64,000 bases of DNA from the NCBI GenBank assembly GCA_963707825.1, contig CAVPRP010000012.1, positions 22,003-86,002 on the forward strand, in the 5' to 3' direction. The notes below the pieces were generated by a model, which did not search any database, was not told the DNA's origin, and saw nothing but the letters and a program-made list of their open reading frames with translations. The position numbers were made by a program, and so were the translations under genes. This stretch comes from an uncultured Acidobacteriota bacterium (GTDB lineage Bacteria; Acidobacteriota; Vicinamibacteria; Vicinamibacterales; UBA2999). Numbering within the stretch: the stretch's first letter is position 1; each line of letters begins with the position of its first letter. Of the stretch, positions 15,006 through 23,266 are shown one piece after another.

Positions 15006-15960
15006 GCCCGGTGCGAGCGAGCCGCGTGCCGATCTGGCCGTTCCAGGGGGGAATTACGATCGTCACCGGACCGGAGGCCTGGGCCATGCAGGCCAGCCGC
15101 ACCAGCGGCCGTGGTTCATCGGTCTCGATGTAGCCCAGCGCGCCGATCGTGGTGCGCTCGCGCGCGTCCACCGCCGAAAGATGCTCTCTACCAGAAACCA
15201 CGCCGACCCAGCACGTGCCGCAGGAGCACGATCGGCACTGCACCGGAATGGGACCTTCCGTGCACCGCGCGTCGCCGCTCCGATAGTCCCGCGAGTCGAG
15301 AGCGGCGGCAGTCGTCAGGTGCTGTGAGTCGATCAGCGGGAACGAGCGCGGCTGCCGCTCGTCGAAGGTCACCGTCCACTGGCGCCGTCGGCCGCGGAGA
15401 AATCCGAACAACCCAGGCGCGCCGTCCCGCTCCCGCCTCGCGACCACGCGATCCGGATCGTCCTCGGCGCGGAGCTTCAGGTTCTGAAGCCGCGTGCCGC
15501 CGCCCTCGGGCAACCCCACCTGCTGCAAGGTGCGCAACGCGATCGCCGTGATTCCGACGACCCACGACACGTCCACTCTCAAGCTGCTCGCGGCGGCGCG
15601 GGCGAGCTCCTGGATCTGCGCGGCGAGGTCCAGGCTGCCGGGGGCCACCGGGCGGCCGGCGAACTGCCGCAGGGTGTCGCAGACCTCCGGCCAGTAGCGA
15701 TGACCAAACAGGAAATGATGCGAGGTGTCACGCTGCTCGGCCAGCCGCCAGCGTCCGCCGAGACGCAGATGCTGTTCGAGCGCCGCCGGGTCTCCGGCGC
15801 GCTCCAGGGCGCGCTGCAGCCGCATCGGATAGAGATGGAACCAGACGCGCGTGGCGTCACGGTCCACCGGGTGGATCGCGCCCTGCAACCGGTCCACGGC
15901 CCGGTGCCACGCCTGATCGTCGTGTTGCGCCAGGAAGGCCAGGAACAGCGGGTCGCTCAC
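14995..15960 (-). CDS. Hypothetical protein with C-terminal plant-type [2Fe-2S] ferredoxin-like domain
   Basis: Intact ORF. Cys pattern C-x4-C-x2-C ... C (VQCRSCSCGTCWV ... RLACM). I do not recognise the ~200-aa N-terminal domain. The GTG start overlaps the upstream stop (GTGA at 15957-15960). Confidence 0.6.
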   Translation of the reverse strand: MSDPLFLAFLAQHDDQAWHRAVDRLQGAIHPVDRDATRVWFHLYPMRLQRALERAGDPAALEQHLRLGGRWRLAEQRDTSHHFLFGHRYWPEVCDTLRQFAGRPVAPGSLDLAAQIQELARAAASSLRVDVSWVVGITAIALRTLQQVGLPEGGGTRLQNLKLRAEDDPDRVVARRERDGAPGLFGFLRGRRRQWTVTFDERQPRSFPLIDSQHLTTAAALDSRDYRSGDARCTEGPIPVQCRSCSCGTCWVGVVSGREHLSAVDARERTTIGALGYIETDEPRPLVRLACMAQASGPVTIVIPPWNGQIGTRLARTGHGA

Positions 15961-16190
15961 CACAACGCGGCTTTCATCTCGGCAATCGCAATCTCCACCT
16001 TGCCGAGATCGTCGAGCACGCGCGTCGCCTCGTCGAGCGTGGCGGCGAGCGCCTCGGGCGGCGGCGTGCTGCCGCGCTTCACTTCCCACGCGAGATCGCG
16101 CGTGGTCTCGGCGCAGGCCCGGCAGACGGCGAGCGTCCGCTCGTGCGCCTCGATGAGCTTGAGCAGTTCCGCTTTCTCGTCGGCAGTCAC
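15957..16190 (-). CDS. Small hypothetical protein (77 aa, predicted helical)
   Basis: Intact ORF with GTG start, VTADEKAELLKLIEAHERTLAVCRACAETT.., translationally coupled to the next gene. No family recognised. Confidence 0.4.
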   Translation of the reverse strand: MTADEKAELLKLIEAHERTLAVCRACAETTRDLAWEVKRGSTPPPEALAATLDEATRVLDDLGKVEIAIAEMKAALW

Positions 16191-16262
16191 GGCGCCACTA
16201 ACCCTCGGCCACTGGTGTTGAGTGTTGAGCTACGGGCAAGACCATGAACGCAAGCTGAGGGG

Positions 16263-16686
16263 TTACGTGCGGTGGTAATCCGGGCGCCAGACCTTGATCG
16301 CCTGCTTGATGTCCCGGGGCGCCAGCTGCTCGCGCACCGCCCGGTCGAGCAGCGCACCAAGCTCGGGGTCCGACGCAAAGCGCAAGGCGGTGATCTGCTT
16401 CGGCCCGAGCTGCGCCAGCTTCGCGCTATCGCCCGCGCCCAGCACCTCGCCACAGCGCACCTTCATCTCGAGCATGATGATGCGGTCCTGCAACCGGGTC
16501 GTGTACATCCGGTCGATCGCCAGCGCCACGAACAGTGCCGCCAGCGACGAAGAAGAACGCGATGTCGCGGGTGTTCCACCCGAACCCGACCGCGGCCACG
16601 AACGAGAGCACTGCCAGCAGCCAGAGCGCGGAGGCAACGATGGTCGGGACCGGCTGATGCGCGTGCGATTCAAAAGACTGGGGCAT
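16263..16686 (-). CDS. DUF6526-like membrane protein (one frame break near 16555)
   Basis: MPQSFESHAHQPVPTIVASALWLLAVLSFVAAVGFGW joined to LAALFVALAIDRMYTTRLQDRIIMLEMKVRCGEVL..QITALRFASDPELGALLDRAV..IKVWRPDYHRT. Confidence 0.65.
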
Positions 16687-16688
16687 GG

Positions 16689-16806
16689 AGTTCCGGGTTC
16701 CAGGGTTCTAAGGGTTCTAGGGTTCTGCGTGGATCCAAGACCCAAGACTCAAGACTTAAGACCCAAGACCTCCAGCCTCAAGCCCCAGCCCCAAGCCCTA
16801 AGCCCT
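16689..16806. repeat. Composite short tandem-repeat array B: (GGGTTCY-type)x5, (CAAGACY)x5-6, (CAAGCCC/CAGCCCC)x5
   Basis: Direct reading. It fills the entire gap between the MBL hydrolase stop (16805-16807) and the DUF6526 start (16686). Confidence 0.9.
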
Positions 16807-17745
16807 ATTTCAGCTTTCCGTCGAGTTCTTCGTAGACCTTCCGCACCGCGATCGGCGCCTGCTGGTCGCGCAGGAACCAGTCCGTGTACGGTCCCCAGTT
16901 GGCCTGCTTGACCGCATCGTCCGCCGAGAGACCCAGCTTGTGCAGGCGCGTCACTTCGGCGATGACCGCTTGCAGCGACTTCCGGAACTCGACGAGCTCT
17001 TCGCGCGAGGCCTTCGGCTCCTCGATGAAGCCGTGGCCGGGGACGTAGCGATCGACGTCCATCGCCAGCGCCTTGTCGATCACGCTCACCCACTCGGTGG
17101 GATAGGCCGAGCGCATCGCCGGAAACACGCGGTTCAGGTAGGCCTCGCTCATGAACAGGATCTTCTGCTTCGGCAGGTAGACCATCAGGTCGCCGCCGGT
17201 GTGGGCGCGGCCAAGGAACAGCGCCTGCGACCTCGATGCCGCCGACATCGATCACCTGCGTGTTCCCGGTCATCGCCGCCGGGGGCACGATGACGGCGCG
17301 GCGCATTCGGCTGCGGGTTCGGCTTCGCCTGCGGACCGCTTCACTGTCGCCAGCGAGTTCGCCTGAACGATGTAGGTGATGTCCTTCGGCAGGACCGAGT
17401 TGCCCGGCGGTGTGGTCACCGTGGTCCGACCCGACGACGTACCACTTGAGCGGCTTCGGCGTGACCTTTCGCGATTGGTCGACCATCGTCTGGGTCGCGG
17501 CCACGCTGCCCTGCCCGTCGGCGATGCAGGACGCCGTCGTTCCCGACCACGAACAGGCTGACCGTGGTGAAACCCGGTTGCCGGATCTCTTCGTAGCCGT
17601 AGACGTTCTCGGCCAGCTTGATGGTGCGCGGAAACTGCGAGAGGGCCAGCCCCCGCTTTTCCGGATAGGCCGTGCGAACCTGCGCGAGGGCGGACACGCC
17701 CAGGCATACGGTCAGCACGGCGCCCACAGTCAGGATGCGACGCAT
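16805..17745 (-). CDS. MBL-fold metallo-hydrolase, exported (frame-disrupted)
   Basis: Signal peptide MRRILTVGAVLTVCLGVSALAQ; NVYGYEEIRQPGFTTVSLFVVGNDGV; C-terminal half HTGGDLMVYLPKQKILFMSEAYLNRVFPAMRSAYPTEWVSVIDKALAMDVDRYVPGHG. Confidence 0.75.
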
Positions 17746-17760
17746 CCGGCTAGCGTACCA

Positions 17761-17795
17761 GTTCAAAGTTCAAACTTCAAAGTTCAGAGTGCAAC
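17761..17795. repeat. Heptamer array E (GTTCAAA GTTCAAA CTTCAAA GTTCAGA GTGCAAC) next to a 6-bp hairpin
   Basis: Direct reading. The GCAACT-N6-AGTTGC hairpin immediately follows, between the AIM24 gene stop and the MBL gene start. Confidence 0.75.
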
Positions 17796-17817
17796 TGCTC
17801 CAAGTTGCGCGGCGCTC

Positions 17818-18857
17818 TCAGCGCCCGTCGATCAGGTCGCCGAGGCCGAAGGCGCGGTCGAGGATCGAGCCTTCCTCCTTGCGGCGGCCGCCGGTTTGCG
17901 GCGCGGCGGCGTAGATGCGGTCGGCCATGCGGCTGAGCGGCAGCGACTGCAGCCACACGCGGCCGGGGCCCGGTCAGCGTGGCGAAGAAGATGCCTTCGC
18001 CGCCGAAGAGCGCCGTCTTGACCTTGCCGACGAACTGGATGTCGTAGCTGACGCTCGGCTGCAGCGCCACCAGGCAGCCGGTGTCGACGCGCAGGGTTTC
18101 GCCGGGCGCCAGATCGAAGCGGCTGGATGGTGCCGCCGGCGTGGACGAAGCACAGGCCGTCGCCTTCGAGCTTCTGCATGATGAAGCCTTCGCCGCCGAA
18201 CAGGCCGACGCCGATCTTCTTCTGGAACGCGATGCCGATCGACACGCCGCGCGCGGCGCAGAGGAACGAGTCCTTCTGGCAGATCAGCTGACCGCCGAGC
18301 GCCTTCAGGTCCATCGCCATGATCTTGCCGGGATACGGCGCGCGCGAACGCGACGCGGTGCTTGCCGCTGTCCCTGGTTCTGTGAACACGGTCATGAACA
18401 GGCTCTCACCGGTCAGCAGGCGCTTGCCGGCGCCCAGCAGCGCGTCCATCACGCGCCGACGGCGGCCTTGCTGCCATCGCCGAACACCGTCTCCATCTGG
18501 ATGCCCGGCGTCATGTACATCATCACGCCGGCTTCCGCGACCGCGGCCTCGCCGGGATCGAGCTCGACTTCGACGAACTGCATCTCGTTGCCGTGGATCA
18601 CGAAGTCGATGTCGTGCGCGCGCCGGCCGGGCGGCGAGCGGCGGCGGCGGCAGCCGGCACCCGCTGAGGCGCCGCTCGACACGAACGCCGCGAACGCCGG
18701 CACGTCCTTCACCTTCTGCCAGGTCGTCATGCCCGACGTGAACACCAGCGTCTCGGCGTCGATGCTGCCGTTGCGGAGATTGGCGATGATCTCGTCCTGC
18801 GGTGACGGGGCCGACCTGGTGGCCGCCGATGGCCATGTACCACTGCTGTGCGGACAT
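17818..18857 (-). CDS. GYF_2 (DUF4339) domain fused to an AIM24/TIGR00266-family protein (frame-disrupted)
   Basis: [38 protein letters not shown]; [45 protein letters not shown]; [12 protein letters not shown]; [53 protein letters not shown]; [16 protein letters not shown]. Confidence 0.8.
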
Positions 18858-18860
18858 CTC

Positions 18861-19013
18861 GGGGTTCTCCTCAGGGAACAGGGATCAGGGAACAGGGATC
18901 AGGGATCAGGGAGCCGGGAGTCGGGAGTCGGGAGTCGGGAGTCAGGCCCAAGACTCAAGACCCAAGGCTCAAGACTCCAAGTCTCGAGCCCCAAGCCCGC
19001 AAGCCTAATCCCC
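18861..19013. repeat. Composite heptamer array C: (GGGAACA/GGGATCA)x5, (GGGAGTC)x5, (CAAGACY)x5, (CAAGCCC-like)x3
   Basis: Direct reading. GGG starts at 18874, 18881, 18888, 18895, 18902, 18909, 18916, 18923, 18930 and 18937, an exact 7-nt phase. Confidence 0.92.
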
Positions 19014-19678
19014 TCGCGTCGATACGAGCGGCGGCGTCCGATTCCAGTGACGCCGCGGCCGGCGCGTCGAGACCGAGCTGATGCGCGAGCTGCGCCAGGT
19101 AGATGCGTTCGGCGCCGCTCACCGACTCATCGGCGCGGACGATCGAGAACGCCAGCGTGTACAAGTCGCGCCGCGCCTGTTCGTCGGAGATGCCGCGAAC
19201 GATCTCGGACAACGGGCGCGGCTGGTCCAGCTCACGCTCGGCTTCGGCTTCCACGCCCGCTTTGCGTGCGTGCTCCAGGATGAGCGCGCGCTCGGCAGCG
19301 GACAGATCCCCGTCGGCGCGAGCCGCCGAGATCGTCAGCCGCACCAGGCGCAGCACCTCCGGCGGCATCGGCGGCGCATCGGACATGTTCGGTATCGGTG
19401 GAACGACAGGCGCGGAAGCGCCCGCGCTGCATCACGCCCTGCCCCGCGACCGGCTGCGGCGACCAGCCTTGCGCCGCGGCAGTGGTCGGCGCACCGGCGG
19501 CCGACTTCATGCTGTCGTAGATGCCCCACGCTACGCCGGCCACCGCCAGCAGGCTGCTGGCGGAGATGAGCCCTTTGTTGCCGGAAACGAACCGTGCGGC
19601 CTTGCGTGCCCGCTTGCGCCCGGAGCGGCCGAGCGCGCCTTCGAGGAAGAGGGACAGGATCTGGCTGGGATCGTTCAA
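18955..19678 (-). CDS. DUF533 / TerB-like family protein (one frame break near 19390; both ends uncertain)
   Basis: N-part LNDPSQILSLFLEGALGRSGRK..GLISASSLLAVAGVAWGIYDSM. C-part PPEVLRLVRLTISAARADGDLSAAERALILEHARKAGV..DLYTLAFSIVRADESVSGAERIYLAQLAHQLGL. Only TTG/GTG starts are available, and the last ~18 codons and the stop lie inside array C. Confidence 0.65.
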
Positions 19679-19820
19679 CGAGTGGGTCTCCGAACACAGA
19701 ATACGATCGAGCCGCCCCCGAGGTTCAGCCCGTCCCACCACTGGCCCCGCTGCCGAGCCCCGGCGATTGCTCCGGGCGGCGGACACGGGTCCACCGCCCG
19801 GCTGGTTCGACGCTCCGTCG

Positions 19821-22800
19821 TTACGGTACCGTTACGACGAACGGCGTCGTTGCCGGTCCCGTGCCGCACGCGTTGGCGGCATACACGCTGAGGCCGTAAT
19901 TGCCTGCTCCCACGGTCCCGGACAGACCACGTCCGGTTGTCGGGAACGCGCCAACAAAGGACCCGCCGACATTCAGCACGTACGACGATGCCGCCGGTCC
20001 CGCCAACGGCGAGTCCCACGTGACGGTGATCAGGTTTCCCGCCCGCGTGGCGAGGAAGTTCGCCGGCGCCTGTGGCACGCCGCTGCAGGCGCCCGGGAAC
20101 GTGAGCGTCACGACGTTTGACGACCCGCTGACCCCCGCCGCGTTCGTCGCGCGCAGGCTGAGGTTGTAGGTGCCAGGCGGCACGGTGGGGTATGTGAAAC
20201 TGTTGGCGAGCCCCAGCGGGATCGAGGTGGCAAGCGACCCGGTCACGTCCAGCACCACCCCGGTCGGCGCTCCGCCGCCGAACGTGTTGTTCCACGACAA
20301 CGACAGCACCGAACCGCTGACCATGCCGAGCAGCTGCGCCGGCGGAGAGGGCGGCGCCGCAACGTTGACGAAGATGCGGATCTCGTTGGATGCCGCGCTC
20401 GCCGCGCTCCCCGACACGGTGTGCATCCGCACGTAGAAGGCGCCGGTCGGTGCGACGAACGTGTACGCCGGCGTGGTGCTGCCGGTCGGGATCGTCGCGA
20501 GCACCTCTCCAGGATTCACCCCGCCCGTGAGCACGTATTGGGTCGGCGGCAGGCCGCCCGCCGGCGGGGTCCAGCGCAGCGTCACCGTGTTGCCCGATAT
20601 CTCGCCCGCATACAGGTTGGTTGGCGGCTGCAAGGCCGTTGGCAGAGCGGTGGATGTCATGAACATGCCACGGCCATGCGTCACGGCCACCAGGTTGGTG
20701 CCCATGAAGAACAGTTCGTCCACCGGCGCGTTGGTCGGGCCGTCGTGCGGCAGCGACCAGGTCGCGCCGCCATTCTCGCTGGTGAAGATGCCCACTTCGG
20801 TGCCGGCGTAGATCCAGTTGCTGTTGGTCGGATGCACCTCGAGATCGCGCACCGGCACGTCGGGCAACGCCGCCGGGCCGCCACTCGGGCCGGTGATGTC
20901 CGCCCAGCTGGCCCCACCGTCCACGCTCTTGTAGACGTTGTCGCCGGAGAAGCCGCCCAGCGTCGCGTAGACGATGTTGTTGTTCGACGGGTCCACGGTC
21001 AGCCGCGTGATGCGGCGGTTCGGCAGCCGGTTGGTCGCGCCGTTGTCGTCGATGGTGATCCAGCTCGTGAGCAGCGTGGCCGCGGCGGAATTGCCGACGA
21101 TCGTCTTGTAGACGCGGCCCGAGTTGTGGCCGATGTAGACGATGTCGGAGTTCCCGGGCGCCACGGCGATGGCGCTGATCTTGTCGCTCAGCCCCAGCGA
21201 ATTCTTGACGACTTCCCACGAGGGCGTCGCCGCCTTGACGTTGTTGCTGCGCCATAGCTGCTGCGCCGCGCCCAGAAGCCGATTCGGGTTGTTCGGGTCG
21301 AGGGCGAAGGCCGCGATGAACTCGGTCGCCGCACTGGATCCCGCGTCGGAGATGCCCGGTGTAGATGTACGACGACGCCACGGCTCCGGCGGTGGTGTTC
21401 CGATGCAGCTGCAGGTAGACGTACTCGCCGTAGAAGTAGTTGGCGTCGGTGGAATCGTAGGCGCTGAATCCGCCATCGCCGCCGAACGGCCGCGTCCAGT
21501 TCTCGGCCGCGGACGGTGTCGCCGGGTTGTAGAGCAGCGTGCCGTTGTCCTGCGTGCCGCCGGTGATCCGCCCCGATCCGGGATGGCCCGCGCCGCCATA
21601 GAACTGCGTCACGCCGAACCCGTTGTTCAGCTCCACCCAGCCGGCGGTCATCGTCGGCGGGTTGTTGCCGGCGGTCGTCACATCGTCCGCGCGATAGATG
21701 CCGCCGTCGTTGGCGAAGAAGAACGTCTTGTTGCTGGCGCCGTTGAAGCCCGGGTGCGGCACGGCGTAGTGGTGGTCGGCGTGCGCCGAGGTCGCGCCGG
21801 TGATGGACTGAGATTGCCAGGCACTGAACTTGGTGAACGCGGCTCGCGCCGTTGATGCTGCGGTAGAGGTCCACGCCACCCCAGATGACGAAGTTCTCGT
21901 CGGTCGGGCTGACCGCCAGCAGGTTGTCGTACCAGCCCTGGCCGCTGAGGGGATTCAGGCTGTCCACGGCGCCGTCGTAGACCTCGACGAAGGTCTGACC
22001 GGCATTGGTGCTGCGATACATCGAGCCGCCATCGAGGTCGACGCTGGCGTAGACTACGGCGCCATTGCTGGGCGCGAACGCCGTTTCGACGCGCTGAAAG
22101 GCCGCCGAGCCCGGCAACCCCGCCGCGCCGCTCCAGGTGGCGCCGCCGTCAACGCTGTAGGCCGCCGAGCCGGCGAAGGCCGCGACCACTGCTCGCAGCG
22201 GATCGGTGGGATGGAAGTCCACGTCGGTCAACCCATACTGACCCGCGTTGATTGCACCGCCGCCCACCAACGTCGCGCGCGAGAAGCGTGGCGCCGCCGG
22301 TGGTCGAGCGAAAGACGCCGGTGCGAGTCGCCGCCAGCAGCGTCGCGCCGTCGGCGGACATGGCGAGCCGGTTCACATAGAGGTAGTCGTTCGCCGACTG
22401 TCCGGCGCCGGGCGCCGTTGACGTCGCCGCCAGCTGCACCCAGGAGATCCCGTTGTCCACGCTCTTGAAGATGCCGGCGCCGCGAATGGCGTCGGCGCTC
22501 CAGTAGCCCTCTCCCGTGCCGGCATACAGAACGTCGGGCGCCCCTGGCGTCCGCACGATCGTGCTCACCGCCAGGTTCGCCATGAAGTCGTCCACCGGCG
22601 CCCACGACGCGCCGCCGTTGGTGCTGCGCCAGATGCCGCCCGCGACGCCGCCGAGCAGGATGATGTTGGCATCGCGCGGGTCGATGCTGAGCGTCCGCAC
22701 CCGGCCGCCCACGTTGCCCGGCCCCACCGACGTCCAGGTGCCGCGGTTGATGCCGGCGATCGGCGCCTCCGGCGCAATCGCGCGCATGGCGTCCACGTGC

Positions 22801-23030
22801 TCCTTCGCTCGCATCAAGCCATCGACGGGAACGTCCCCGTTCTCATCGACGAGGGAGAGGCGCCGCCACTCCATGTACTCCGCCGGGCCGTCAGGCCTGG
22901 GACCGCCGTCCTCTTCCTCTTCGTCTTCGTCTCCCAGGAAGGCCGGGGGACCCGAGAGGGTCAGCGTCGCGCCGACGACCGCCGCCATCAGCACACCGTA
23001 CGAGAGCGACACGCGAAGACTCGGGAACAT
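19821..23030 (-). CDS. Large secreted BNR/Asp-box beta-propeller protein with three C-terminal FN3-like repeats (frame-disrupted in the N-terminal two thirds)
   Basis: GGGAGGG SD. Signal peptide MFPSLRVSLSYGVLMAAVVGATLTLS. Asp-box motifs STNGGASWAPV, SVDNGISWVQL, SVDGGATWSGA, SVDGGASWADI and SENGGATWSL. Three ~90-aa repeats start PPTNL.., PPSPPAQL.. and PQAPANF.. Confidence 0.75.
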
Positions 23031-23266
23031 GAACCCTCCCAAAAATCGACAAAACCACCCCTGCAGCACCGGACCACGCAATCTATCACCGACGGGTGTC
23101 CAAGTAGTGACGGATCATTCCCGTTCGTTTCCGCCGGCCGGTCAGGGGGCCGATTGAGCGTCGGAGGGGCTGCAGGTGGGTCTGGGGTTGATCGGGCGTG
23201 ACCGCCGGCTGGTCCGGCGGCTCGCCGTGCCGAAGGCGCCTGGCAAAGGCGGACAGCCTGGGCGGC

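Noticed and set aside
18861-19013. CRISPR array
   Set aside because: Units are only 7-8 nt and directly tandem, with no unique spacers. No cas genes are present in the window.
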